A stretch of 64,000 bases of DNA from positions 150 through 64,149 of the forward strand of contig JBFGFX010000001.1 of assembly GCA_041579335.1 (NCBI GenBank). Direction: 5' to 3'. The stretch's first letter is position 1, and each line of letters opens with the position of its first letter. A program made the translations under genes and the position numbers. The stretch is from Woeseiaceae bacterium (GTDB lineage: Bacteria; Pseudomonadota; Gammaproteobacteria; Steroidobacterales; Woeseiaceae). Positions 8,524 to 18,176 of this stretch are shown piece after piece. The notes beneath the pieces were generated by a model. That model worked only from the letters and a program-made list of their open reading frames with translations. It made no database searches and was not told where the DNA came from.

Positions 8524-9906
8524 TCAGGACAGCAGGAATCCCATCGGTGCGGTGCCGCTCTCCGGAGAATAGAACGATCGCACATTCGGCAGTATCTCAT
8601 CGAGCTCGGACGGCGCGACGCCGAACCAGAGCGCCAGCTCCGCGAAGTACTCGTCGACCGACGTGGTCGGCGCGTACACGCCGCGACCGACGTCCAGCGG
8701 ACTCTGCGGAGACAGCAGCGGATAGTCGCCGTAGATCGTACCGCCGTTGACGGCGCCGCCCATGACGATCGCGTGGCCGCCCCAGCCGTGGTCCGATCCC
8801 TTGCCGTTCGACGTCAATGTTCGGCCGAAGTCGGAGATCGTGAACGTCGTGACGTCGTCGCTCACGCCGAGCTCGACGAGCGCGTCGCGGAATTCGCTCA
8901 AGCCGCGGCTGATCGCGGGCAGCATCTGGGCCTGATTGTCGAGCACGTCGTCGTGATGGTCCCAGCCGCCGACCGTGATGAAGAATGTCTGTCGTGTGGC
9001 CCCGAGGGCGTCGCGGGCGCCGATGACCCGGGCGATCTGACGCAGGCTCTGCGAGAAATAGCCGGTGGAGAACGGCGTCGCTAGCGAAGGCGACGTCTTC
9101 ATCGCGTCGACGAAGACGGCCTGCGCGTCGATAGCGGCTCTCAAGCGTCTGGAATATTCGCGGCGCAGGATGTGCTCTTGCTGGACCGCAAGCAGATCGT
9201 CGACCATGCGCTTCTTGAATGCGCCGAACTCGCTGCCGTCGTCGTAGGCGTTGATGCTGGGTGCGCCGTCGCCGCTGGCCTCGATGCTGTACTCGTTGCT
9301 CTGGCTGCCGCTCTGAAACACGTTGCTGCCCGAGAGCGAGATGTTCATCGATACGCCGTTCGTCACGTTGACGTCCTGCATGAGATCGGCGATCCGGCCA
9401 CCCCAGCCCTGCGCGATGCGCGCGTCCGGTGCCGCCGTCTGCCACTGATTGATCTGGTCCGCATGCGAGAACAGCCCGAGCGGTAGGCGCGCCGTTCCGG
9501 CCTCGACGGCCTGGGCGTCGAAGGCCTCGAGCAGGGTGCCGACATTCGCTACGAGCGCGGCGTCCCCCGATGCGTACAGCGACTGCAACTCCGGCATGCC
9601 CGGATGCAGACCGTAGCTCAAGCCGTTCGATGCGGTGCCGGCCAGCGGCAAGAGCACGTTCTGATCCAGCGCCAGGTCCGAACGAATGCTGCGGTACTCG
9701 CGGTACTGGTCGTTGTCGGTCGGTACCAGCATGTTGTAAGAATCGTTGCCGCCGGCCAAGAGCACGCACACGAGCGCGCGATAGCCGGAGGCGCTCTGCG
9801 CCGCCGCCGTCCTCGAAAGCCCGAGCTGAAGCAGCGCCGACGAGGCGGTCGCGGCGGCGACCCCGAGCGAGCAGCTGTGGGTCAGAAAGTGTCGTCGAGT
9901 GATCAT
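8524..9906 (-). CDS. DUF1501 domain protein (sulfatase-like) with a Tat-type signal
   Basis: Track ORF of 460 aa. It begins MITRRHFLTHSCSLGVAAATA, with ALVCVLLAGGNDSYNMLVP and GSDHGWGGHAIVMGG typical of DUF1501. Confidence 0.9.
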   Translation of the reverse strand: MITRRHFLTHSCSLGVAAATASSALLQLGLSRTAAAQSASGYRALVCVLLAGGNDSYNMLVPTDNDQYREYRSIRSDLALDQNVLLPLAGTASNGLSYGLHPGMPELQSLYASGDAALVANVGTLLEAFDAQAVEAGTARLPLGLFSHADQINQWQTAAPDARIAQGWGGRIADLMQDVNVTNGVSMNISLSGSNVFQSGSQSNEYSIEASGDGAPSINAYDDGSEFGAFKKRMVDDLLAVQQEHILRREYSRRLRAAIDAQAVFVDAMKTSPSLATPFSTGYFSQSLRQIARVIGARDALGATRQTFFITVGGWDHHDDVLDNQAQMLPAISRGLSEFRDALVELGVSDDVTTFTISDFGRTLTSNGKGSDHGWGGHAIVMGGAVNGGTIYGDYPLLSPQSPLDVGRGVYAPTTSVDEYFAELALWFGVAPSELDEILPNVRSFYSPESGTAPMGFLLS

Positions 9907-9918
9907 TGTTGAAGCTCC

Positions 9919-11622
9919 TTACAGACGAACCGCGTAGTCGGCCGAGGTCAGCATGAGGTAGATGGCGATGCGCAGCCTGGTTTCGGGCTCGTCGATGTCG
10001 GCGATCACGCCGCGCACCGCCTGACGCGTCATCGCATCCAGGGTGCCCGCGGTGAGCAGAATATCCAGGCGGTCGAGCAACGCGCCGACATCGGAGGCCA
10101 GCGCCAGATACTCATCGAGCTCGAGCGTCACGGGCGCGAACGGCTCGGGGGCATCGGTGACGAAACCGCCGAGCACGATGAAGTCGATCAGGTTCGTGAG
10201 CCCGACGATCGAATTGCTCGTCGTGATCTGAAACTCCGGCGCGACCAGGCCCGCATCGTCGATCTCGCCGGCGGGCACGTGCGTAGGCAGGAAGAAATTG
10301 AACACGCTCGGGGCCGACAGCGGGTGCTGCTTGCCGAGCTCCTGCAGGACGAATCCGGTATTGGCGATGAAGCCGTCGTCGCTCGTCGCTCCGAATTGCC
10401 GCAAAATGGACGCGTAACGAACGACCGGCTCGCGGAGCTTGCCGAATGTCCGCGCGGCGTCGGGCGGTGCCGTCGCCTCCGGGTCGAGCAGGACCGCGCG
10501 GATCACGGCCTGCATGTCACCGCGGATTCCGGTCGCGTCGCCGTTGAACGCGCGCGCGACGCGCTCGACGTAGGCAGGCGACGGATTCGAGGTCACGAGA
10601 CGCTGAATCAGCTGCTTGCCGATGAACGGGCCGACGTTCGGATGATCGAAGAGATTGTCGATTGCGGCGTCGATATCCTGCAGACCGGTCTGACCCGCGG
10701 GCACGACCAGTCCCGACAGCAGCCGCTTCTCGCCCGGCTCGTGCTCGCTGTCGAACATCCTCATCTGGGCCAGGAAATTCGGCTCCGGATTGCCGAAGTA
10801 GGCGTTCGGCCCGCCGAACGACAGGCCGGTGAAAATCTTCGCGAACTCGCGAATCTCGTCGTTGGAATAGGTCGGGATCGGCTGGTTCGCGCCGTCTAAG
10901 CGCAGCGTGCCGTCGATATTGAGCTCGAAAAGGCCGATCGAGAAGAGCTGCATGACTTCGCGGGCGTAGTTCTCGTCGGGAAATATGTTGTTCGCCGGGT
11001 CCGCCTTGCGATTGTTGACGTGGCTCAGGTAGATGCCCATCGTCGGATGCAGCGACACGTCGCGCAGCAGATCGCGGAAGTTGCCGAACGCGTTCTCGAG
11101 CAGCATGTCGTAGTAGCCTGCCAGTGCGAACGGGTTGATGATCAGATCGTCCACGTTATCGGAGACGACGAAGATCTCCGAGAGCGCGAAGGCCACGCGT
11201 TGCCGAAGGGCGTCCGGGCTCACGATCGTACGATCCCACCAGGCGAGGCGGCGGAACAGGATCAGCAACTCGATGTCTTGCTCGAACAATGCGAACTCCC
11301 CGGCCTCGCGACGTGTGACGAGGTCCCAGACGATCGGCGAATGCTCGCCGACCGGCAGCGCGAACTGCTGATCCAGCCAGCCGTCCGTGCCCAAGCGGGC
11401 CAGCGATTCGATCTGCTCGTAGGCCAGCCCGAACGTGGCTTGGGCGGCGAATCGCGATGCCGCCTCGAGCTCGGCGCTCGTCGGCGGAGTGGGGGGCTGC
11501 GGCGGCGCCAGGGGAGGGGGCGAGGAGCCTCCTCCGCCGCCTCCACAGGCGACGAGCAGCGTGGCCAAGAATAGGACCGGTAGTGTGTGGCCGCGCGGCA
11601 GTCCTTCGAGCATGCGAAACAT
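9919..11622 (-). CDS. DUF1800 domain lipoprotein
   Basis: Track ORF of 567 aa. It has the lipobox LLVACGGGGGG, and FPDENYAREVMQLFSIGLFEL is typical of DUF1800. It sits upstream of its usual DUF1501 partner. Confidence 0.9.
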   Translation of the reverse strand: MFRMLEGLPRGHTLPVLFLATLLVACGGGGGGSSPPPLAPPQPPTPPTSAELEAASRFAAQATFGLAYEQIESLARLGTDGWLDQQFALPVGEHSPIVWDLVTRREAGEFALFEQDIELLILFRRLAWWDRTIVSPDALRQRVAFALSEIFVVSDNVDDLIINPFALAGYYDMLLENAFGNFRDLLRDVSLHPTMGIYLSHVNNRKADPANNIFPDENYAREVMQLFSIGLFELNIDGTLRLDGANQPIPTYSNDEIREFAKIFTGLSFGGPNAYFGNPEPNFLAQMRMFDSEHEPGEKRLLSGLVVPAGQTGLQDIDAAIDNLFDHPNVGPFIGKQLIQRLVTSNPSPAYVERVARAFNGDATGIRGDMQAVIRAVLLDPEATAPPDAARTFGKLREPVVRYASILRQFGATSDDGFIANTGFVLQELGKQHPLSAPSVFNFFLPTHVPAGEIDDAGLVAPEFQITTSNSIVGLTNLIDFIVLGGFVTDAPEPFAPVTLELDEYLALASDVGALLDRLDILLTAGTLDAMTRQAVRGVIADIDEPETRLRIAIYLMLTSADYAVRL

Positions 11623-11817
11623 GGCGAATCCCTCCCTGAGAGAGCGTTCTCGACGGTCGTGTCGTACGCTTAGTGCGTCGTCGAGTTGAAGGGTTTACGG
11701 CCGCTTGCCATGACTTGCCATATTCGGGCGCGGAGCTCGGCAACCATTCGCGCCCGACACGGTCAACAAAGGAGCGGGCCCGTATCGGCCCGCGCGCTCT
11801 AAGGGGGAGGAGTCGGC

Positions 11818-13179
11818 GTGAGTGCACATTTCTGTCCGAGGGGTCTGCGAAAAGGCGTGGCTCTCGTCGTGCTGATTCTCGGTGGCGCTGCCCATGCGGA
11901 CTCGACCGGCTCGACGCCCGAGCACTGGGCGGAGCGCTCGGCAGCGGTCGAGACCTTCGTCGAGCAGTTCGTCGCGTTCGCGATGTTCGACGGCACGGTA
12001 TTGATCGACATCGGCGGCGAGGTGGCCTTCGAGCGGTCGTTCGGCTATGCGCACTACGAGCACGGCGTCCGGCACGATGCCGATACCCGATTCCGCATCG
12101 CATCGGTGTCCAAAGCGCTGACGGACGCCACGGTCGCTCGGATGATCGACGCTGGAGAGCTCGGACGGGAGATGCCGATCGCGCGCTATCTGCCCGACTT
12201 CCCGTCGGCGGAGCGAATAACGATCCGCCATCTCCTGGATCACAGCTCCGGCGTTCCGCACACGAACGATCAGCCGTGGGGCGACGGCTCGGTGCCGCTG
12301 TCGATCGACGAGATCGTCGCGCGGCTTGCGGAGCTGCCACTCGACTTCGAGCCCGGCAGCGATCGTTCGTACAGCAACGGCGGCTACGCGGTTTTGGCGC
12401 ATGTCATCGGGATCGCGGGCGGAGGGACCTACGCAGAGGTCATGCGACGGCACGTGTTCGAGCCGCTCGGCATGCGCAACACGGATCACATCACGGACGC
12501 ACGCACGCCGATCGCACGGATGGCGACGGGCTACGAGCCGGGTGCTCGCATCGGCGAGCGGCGGCATGCGAGATATTATGCCGTCGAGACCCGTCCGGGC
12601 GGAGGCTCGCTGTATTCGACGGCTCGCGACCTACTGAGATTCGCGCGGGCCACGTTTCGCGACGATTTCATCAAGCCGGAGCAGCGTCGTGACGTGCTCG
12701 GCGCTGACGACGTCGGGTTTCTGTCGCAGGGGCGCTCACCGGGTTTCGTCGCGAAGCTGTACTACGAAGCCGAGCGCGACATCATCGTGATCAGTCTTTC
12801 CAACAACTACGCAGTTCCTGCGGGCTGGGCGGCAAAGCTCGCCGATCTCGCCACGGGCGCCGGCGCGGTCGAATCCTGGCCGCATGTCGAGGCGGCGGAC
12901 CCGACACCGGTTGCGGCCGACGATTCCCGACTAGGCCGCTATCGCCTGTCGCGCGGCGGCGCGGAGGTGGCGCTCGTGCGCGGCATCGCGGGTGGCTTGA
13001 CCATGACGGGTATCGGCAGCGAAGCCGCGACCGCCATGATTCCGTTGGCCGACGGTGCGTTTCTGCAGCCGCAGTATTTCCAACGGTGCGAGCAAGACGC
13101 CGTGACGCGCGTGATCACCTGCCGGATTCTGTCGGGCGACGAGCGCTATACGACGATGCTCACGCCCGTGTCGCAATGA
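11818..13179 (+). CDS. serine hydrolase, class C beta-lactamase/PBP-like
   Basis: Track ORF of 453 aa with a GTG start and a signal peptide. It has SxxK (ASVSKALT) and YxN (YSNGGY). Confidence 0.85.
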   Translation: MSAHFCPRGLRKGVALVVLILGGAAHADSTGSTPEHWAERSAAVETFVEQFVAFAMFDGTVLIDIGGEVAFERSFGYAHYEHGVRHDADTRFRIASVSKALTDATVARMIDAGELGREMPIARYLPDFPSAERITIRHLLDHSSGVPHTNDQPWGDGSVPLSIDEIVARLAELPLDFEPGSDRSYSNGGYAVLAHVIGIAGGGTYAEVMRRHVFEPLGMRNTDHITDARTPIARMATGYEPGARIGERRHARYYAVETRPGGGSLYSTARDLLRFARATFRDDFIKPEQRRDVLGADDVGFLSQGRSPGFVAKLYYEAERDIIVISLSNNYAVPAGWAAKLADLATGAGAVESWPHVEAADPTPVAADDSRLGRYRLSRGGAEVALVRGIAGGLTMTGIGSEAATAMIPLADGAFLQPQYFQRCEQDAVTRVITCRILSGDERYTTMLTPVSQ

Positions 13180-13202
13180 TCACGTTGGGAGATCCGTAGA
13201 AC

Positions 13203-13715
13203 GTGTGGGAGTATCGCGGACAGAAGCGACCCGAATTTGCGGAACGGCCGGGGGACGGTCAAGAATCGGTCTGGGACTACCCGCGGCCCCCGCAGGCGGT
13301 CGGGGACAGCCGCTTGGTGGAGGTGAAGAACGACGGTTCGCTGATTGCGAGCACGTCTGCTGCCATACGCGTCTGTGAGACGGCGTCACCGCCGACGTTC
13401 TACATCCCGCCCAACGACGTGCGCTGGTCGACTCTCGTCTCCGTTAAGGGCCACTCGTTCTGCGAGTGGAAAGGCGCCGCGAGCTACTGGGCGCTCGCGG
13501 CCGATCCGACTGGCGTGCCGGTCGCCTGGAGCTACGACCGTCCGACACCGGGCTTCGCGGTCATCGCGTCCTACGTGTCCTTTTATCCGGGGCGGCTCGA
13601 GTGCTACGTCGACGGAGAGCGCGTCTTGCCGCAGCCCGGCGGCTTCTACGGCGGCTGGGTCACGAGCGAGGTCGTCGGTCCGTTCAAGGGCGAGCCCGGT
13701 ACCGGGCACTGGTGA
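13203..13715 (+). CDS. DUF427 domain protein
   Basis: Track ORF of 170 aa. TFYIPPNDV ... HSFCEWKGAASYW ... FYPGR is the DUF427 pattern. Confidence 0.8.
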   Translation: MWEYRGQKRPEFAERPGDGQESVWDYPRPPQAVGDSRLVEVKNDGSLIASTSAAIRVCETASPPTFYIPPNDVRWSTLVSVKGHSFCEWKGAASYWALAADPTGVPVAWSYDRPTPGFAVIASYVSFYPGRLECYVDGERVLPQPGGFYGGWVTSEVVGPFKGEPGTGHW

Positions 13716-13857
13716 TGCGCCGATGACGTTGGCCGCCGACTCGTCATTGGTGGACTACACTTGTCTTGATTCGATGGAGCGTGCCGCCTCGCCCGCGACC
13801 GGGTATGAGCGCATACGCCCATATCATGGGAACAAAAACGACAAGAAGGGGAAACAC

Positions 13858-14556
13858 ATGCCAGTGCAACTACGAAGAATCCTGATAGCGTGCGGCGCCG
13901 CTTTGATGGGAACGACGTCGGGAGTCGTCCAGGCGGCACCGGTCGAGGCGGTCATCGGTCTCGACGTCGACAACAGCCGCGCGTTCGTCAGCGCGATGGA
14001 CGCCATGTTCGAGTCCGGGGCGATGGACGGTTACGACCTGACGATCTGGGCCAACGCGTTCGACGGCACCAATCCGGCAACGCATACGCTGGTTGCGAGC
14101 TTCGACGGCTACGAGTCGTACGACCGGCTGACCCGGCAGCGTCTCGATCACTCTGGATGGCTGGAGTTCCTACAGGCAATCGAGGGTACCTCCACGGGCA
14201 CCTCGTCACTGATGGCGGTCGAGGCGTTCAAGGCCGGTGAGATCGCCGACAGCCATCGGTCCGGGGTGGCATTCATCATGACCGTGCGCGATCCGGCGAA
14301 GTACGCCGCGGAGTTCTCCAAGCTGACCAGGGCGCAGGGGCATCCCGGCTCGATCCGTCTGATGCAGCTCCGCTACGGCAGCATGGGCGCGACGCACGCG
14401 GTGGTAATGACGGCACCGAGCTCGGCGGCGATGAACGAGTATCTCGATAAGCTCCTTGCGAGCGAGGACTACGCCGATTTCGTCGACGAGGTCGGCGACA
14501 TCCGTACGATCAATACGGTGAACAACTACGCGCTCGTCAAGCGCTGGCGCAAGTAA
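13858..14556 (+). CDS. secreted hypothetical protein
   Basis: Track ORF 13345..14556, start re-set to MPVQLRRILIACGAALMGTTSGVVQAAP (ATG 13858, GAAGGGGAA upstream). The upstream part of the track ORF overlaps the DUF427 gene in another frame. Confidence 0.65.
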   Translation: MPVQLRRILIACGAALMGTTSGVVQAAPVEAVIGLDVDNSRAFVSAMDAMFESGAMDGYDLTIWANAFDGTNPATHTLVASFDGYESYDRLTRQRLDHSGWLEFLQAIEGTSTGTSSLMAVEAFKAGEIADSHRSGVAFIMTVRDPAKYAAEFSKLTRAQGHPGSIRLMQLRYGSMGATHAVVMTAPSSAAMNEYLDKLLASEDYADFVDEVGDIRTINTVNNYALVKRWRK

Positions 14557-14634
14557 TACGCACCGCCACAATGACAATGGCCTGAGCCTGCTGGTCTGCA
14601 TCGGTTGCCAAAGTCATATCGTTGCAGTCGCCGC

Positions 14635-16914
14635 TTATAGAGCAGCACCGGAAAACACGAGCTCGTCGTCCGCGAACCTGAGCATATTCTCTAGTTCCGC
14701 TTCAATGGTCTTGGCGGTCGCGTCGTCGCCGTGCGCGCGATGAGCTTTCACGCTCAATGCCCGCACTCGCATCCATGGATAACCGGACGACTCCTGCCAG
14801 TACAAGGTTACAGGGCGTATGTTCGCCGCGCGATCGAGCACGGCGACGGCGTCTGCCGTGTTACCGATTGCGAGGTATGACTCGGCCAATGTCTCGACGG
14901 TCAAGAGGTACAAGGTCGTCAGATAACTGCGCGGCAGGCGCAGATGCCGCTCTGCATCCGACAAAGTTTGGATCGCCTCGTCGTAGCTGCCGCGATGGAA
15001 ATACAAGGAGCCTCGAATTGTATTCGCGAGCGTCTTTCGGTACTCGATCGGGTGGGTCGGGTGGTCATCAAGCTCGGCGATTGCTCGCTCGGCATCGGAC
15101 TGGAGACCCGCCCGCGGCAATAGCGCGGCTGCGTACAAGAGCGGCTGACCCGCGCGGAGATGCTGACTGAGCGCGTCGAGGTCGCCGCGGGCGAACGCCA
15201 GCCATGACATGCTCTCGTTGTAGTCCGGGTCTTCGTTGTCCTCCATGTGACCCCAAAGTGGGGCGGTAACGGGACCGGCGTCGCTACCACGCCGGTCCTC
15301 GGTACCGATGCGCCGAAATTCTCGCTCGGCCAGCGCGATCTGACCGGTCGACAGATAGTAAAGGCCGGTTATCTGAGCCAGTGCGTTGCGTGCGGATTCG
15401 TCGGGCGGGGCGGCGTTCTGTCGGATCCATTCCAACTCGCGGGCGGCGCCATCGAGGTCGTCGCTGCTCCAGTATCCGTACACACGATAGAACATGAAAT
15501 GCGCCCAGGCGGTCTCGTCGCCCGCGAGCCCTTCGATCGTCTGTCCCATCCGATGAATCGTGTCGAGATAGGGCTTTGCGTCGGCCAGTCGGCCCGTGAC
15601 CGCCAGCACCTGCGCGGCGACCAACGACGGGAAGAGCGCGTTGGGTCTTGCGTCCGCCATCGCCGTTGCATAGGGCACCGATTCCTCGACCCGCCCGTGC
15701 CGGTGCAGCAGGATAGCGAGATTGTTGTTGGCCCAGTAGTCGTCCGGGTAGTAACGGAGTAGGGCCTTGTAGTGCTGTGCGGCTTTCTCCAAATCCGGCT
15801 CGTAAGCTTGGTAGTAGCTGCCGAGAATGAACAGGCGCTCACGATCGCTGGTGGTGCCCGCGAGTTCGAAGGCGCGCTCAAAATGGTGGGCGGATTTCGC
15901 TTTGTCCGAGGCGTCCGCGGTCTCGTAGCCGATGTTGTCGTTGACCCACGCGAGGAACACGTGGGCAGTCGCGAAATCCGGGTCCTCGGCAACCGCACGT
16001 TCCAGAAAATCGCGGGACGCCTGCTGCTGATTGAGGTACAGACGTTCGAGGCCTTGAGAGAAGTATTGCAGCGCCGGCAGAGACTCTGTAGTCACTTTCG
16101 CCAATTCGGTGGATGCAGTACCGAGTCCCGGCAGCGTCTCTCCAAGCTCGCTGCGCAGGTTAGTTGCGAGCTTCTCGACCGTTCGGACTACCGCATGGCG
16201 ATCGGACGCTTTCTCTGACAGCGTTAGCGCCACCGCGCCGGACCGGGGCTCGATTAGAGCCAAGGTGATGACGTACGTCGCACCCAGAGTTTCGGCACGC
16301 CCCGTGACAATGCAGCGAATGCCACCGTCGCGCAACGCGATCTCGCGCGCGATCTCGGCTGTCAGGGGCGTGTCCGGCGGCCTCTGCATCAGGTTTAGCG
16401 TATCGGCAATCCTCGGAGCGGGGGTCACGTTGACGTAGCTCGAGCCGGCAAGCGAGCGCTGTAGCGCCAGTTCCAGCGATCCGTCGAACACGGTCTCGCC
16501 GGTACGGTTCTCGAAGTCGGCGATCAGGATCCAGTCGCGACTTTGAAACGTCACACTCGACGGCTGTGGATACAGAAGCGCAATAAAGGCGATGAGCGCC
16601 GCGGCGACACCACTCGCCGCGATCCAGAAGCCGGACCGCCTGGCCTTGACCGGTTTCCCAGATGTATCAGGCGGTGTGCGGTCCTGCCACCAGTGGTCGA
16701 GCTCGGACTTGAACGCGTAGACGGAGGCTCGCTTCTCGTGCAGATGTCGGTGCACCGGCAGCCCCTCGCTCTTCTCCCAGCGGCGCACCGTACGCACGTC
16801 ACGACTCAGGTGTCGGGCGATCGCCTTCCACGAGTCGAGGCGATCCGCCTTTGCGTTCGTCTCAGGATCAGACACTTGGGTTTTCAAATGGTCGCCGGCC
16901 GACACCCTAAGCAT
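14635..16914 (-). CDS. membrane-anchored transcriptional-regulator-like protein: N-terminal HTH, one TM helix, TPR repeats
   Basis: Track ORF of 759 aa. DSWKAIARHLSRDVRTVRRWEKSEGLPVHR is an HTH segment. A TM helix follows (FWIAASGVAAALIAFIALLY), then long TPR-like repeats. Confidence 0.75.
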   Translation of the reverse strand: MLRVSAGDHLKTQVSDPETNAKADRLDSWKAIARHLSRDVRTVRRWEKSEGLPVHRHLHEKRASVYAFKSELDHWWQDRTPPDTSGKPVKARRSGFWIAASGVAAALIAFIALLYPQPSSVTFQSRDWILIADFENRTGETVFDGSLELALQRSLAGSSYVNVTPAPRIADTLNLMQRPPDTPLTAEIAREIALRDGGIRCIVTGRAETLGATYVITLALIEPRSGAVALTLSEKASDRHAVVRTVEKLATNLRSELGETLPGLGTASTELAKVTTESLPALQYFSQGLERLYLNQQQASRDFLERAVAEDPDFATAHVFLAWVNDNIGYETADASDKAKSAHHFERAFELAGTTSDRERLFILGSYYQAYEPDLEKAAQHYKALLRYYPDDYWANNNLAILLHRHGRVEESVPYATAMADARPNALFPSLVAAQVLAVTGRLADAKPYLDTIHRMGQTIEGLAGDETAWAHFMFYRVYGYWSSDDLDGAARELEWIRQNAAPPDESARNALAQITGLYYLSTGQIALAEREFRRIGTEDRRGSDAGPVTAPLWGHMEDNEDPDYNESMSWLAFARGDLDALSQHLRAGQPLLYAAALLPRAGLQSDAERAIAELDDHPTHPIEYRKTLANTIRGSLYFHRGSYDEAIQTLSDAERHLRLPRSYLTTLYLLTVETLAESYLAIGNTADAVAVLDRAANIRPVTLYWQESSGYPWMRVRALSVKAHRAHGDDATAKTIEAELENMLRFADDELVFSGAAL

Positions 16915-16984
16915 AGGAAGGTTTGACTTCGATTCAAGGGCTTAGATGCGCCTTGCAGAGGCCGTGAGCGCTTTTGCACCCTAA

Positions 16985-16998
16985 TGTCCCTTGCGGGT
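16985..16998 (+). promoter_or_regulatory. conserved 14-mer TGTCCCTTGCGGGT, copy 1, 58 nt upstream of ATG 17057
   Basis: An identical 14-mer occurs at 18104-18117, 59 nt upstream of ATG 18177. This copy lies in the divergent intergenic region next to the HTH/TPR regulator gene. Confidence 0.5.
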
Positions 16999-17056
16999 GC
17001 AGCGGTCGCCTACCAGACTTAGGCCAAGCTCAACATTAAACGTCGGGATCCCGACC

Positions 17057-18001
17057 ATGATTAGTCGACGAGTACGAGCCCGAATCTGTGCGATCGTCTT
17101 CGCGAGTTTGGCGGCCCCGGTGTTCGCCGTCGCCGCACGGGCGGGCAAGCCGCCCGACGCCGGGCCCAAGGTGAAAGCGACCCTGCGAGTGCAGTTTCCG
17201 GCCACGACGGCCTCCGGTCTCGCCAATGCCGCGCAGGCAACCGGAGAACCCGGCTGCGACCACTACTGTCACGGCGAAGAGGGGATCGTCTCGGCATGGA
17301 GCGGCGTAGCCTTCAACTTCGAGACGGCCGGCTACCGCAGCCTCGGCGGCAATCAGCCGGGAAAGGGAAAGAACAAGGACACGGCCGCGCGGCAGGCGCG
17401 CACGTTCCTCGCGAATCCGCCGATGGATACAGACACCGATGTGCAGCTATGGGCGCAATGCCGACAGTGCGGGCCGGAGCCCGGCGAGCTCGCGACCTTT
17501 ACTGACGCAAACGGCGACGGGGTGATCAACGCGCTCGACGATCCGGATCCCTGTGACACGCTTGAGGAGGAGGCGGATTTCGACTGTGGTTTGCGCGACA
17601 TGGATCCGTTCTCGAGCGAGCACAGCCCCGGTCTCGGCGGCTGTGCCGGCAAGAAATCCTGCAAGGTGAAGGCGAAACACAATTGGCTGGTTGCCGAAAC
17701 GCCGCAGAATCGCATCACCCGCAAGCTGCGCTATGGTTGGCGCTGCGAGGATCCGAACTGGTATCCGCCGGAAGACGGGCGCGACGAGACGCTTGCCACG
17801 GTCACGGTCGACTGGCCCAACGATGACGACGGTGATGGCACGATGGACGGTTACGAGCTCGTCTGGACGATCTCGGCGCCTGCCGCCGAGGCGCTCTGCG
17901 AACAGAGCGAGGGCGTGACGATTCCGGTAGCCGGCTTCGAGCGAGGGCAGGGTGGTGCCTTCGAATGGAAGATCAAGGAAACCGCTACGACCAAACGCTG
18001 A
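17057..18001 (+). CDS. secreted Cys-rich hypothetical protein with EF-hand/dockerin-like Ca-binding loops
   Basis: Track ORF 16991..18001, start re-set to MISRRVRARICAIVFASLAAPVFAVAARA. The mature part has 10 Cys. DANGDGVINALDD and NDDDGDGTMDGYE are loop motifs. Confidence 0.65.
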   Translation: MISRRVRARICAIVFASLAAPVFAVAARAGKPPDAGPKVKATLRVQFPATTASGLANAAQATGEPGCDHYCHGEEGIVSAWSGVAFNFETAGYRSLGGNQPGKGKNKDTAARQARTFLANPPMDTDTDVQLWAQCRQCGPEPGELATFTDANGDGVINALDDPDPCDTLEEEADFDCGLRDMDPFSSEHSPGLGGCAGKKSCKVKAKHNWLVAETPQNRITRKLRYGWRCEDPNWYPPEDGRDETLATVTVDWPNDDDGDGTMDGYELVWTISAPAAEALCEQSEGVTIPVAGFERGQGGAFEWKIKETATTKR

Positions 18002-18027
18002 TCGACAAAATCCCCCGACCAACGCGC

Positions 18028-18058
18028 GAAGAAGCCGGCCTTGCGCCGGCTTCTTTGT
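18028..18058 (+). terminator. rho-independent terminator
   Basis: aagaagccggc (18029-18039) pairs perfectly with gccggcttctt (18045-18055) around the loop cttgc, followed by TTTGTG. Confidence 0.75.
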
Positions 18059-18103
18059 GCCTTGTCCCCTAATGACCGCATCTACATACAAACGTCGTGC
18101 TCG

Positions 18104-18117
18104 TGTCCCTTGCGGGT
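18104..18117 (+). promoter_or_regulatory. conserved 14-mer TGTCCCTTGCGGGT, copy 2, 59 nt upstream of ATG 18177
   Basis: Identical to 16985-16998 and located after the terminator at 18028-18058. A shorter echo TGTCCCCTAATG sits at 18063-18074 (compare CCCTAATGTCCC at 16979-16990). Confidence 0.5.
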
Positions 18118-18176
18118 AGCCGACTCCGACATCAGGCTGCATTCGAGACGAAAACAGCGATGTAGGAGAATTCGAC

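Noticed and set aside
11156-12567. Long minus-strand ORFs (394 aa and 290 aa) opposite the serine-hydrolase gene, and many similar antisense ORFs across the window (for example 41801..43711, 46796..48358, 50168..51091, 58782..60080)
   Set aside because: Their composition is dominated by Arg, Pro, Ala and Gly with no motifs. Each lies opposite a gene with clear family signatures.
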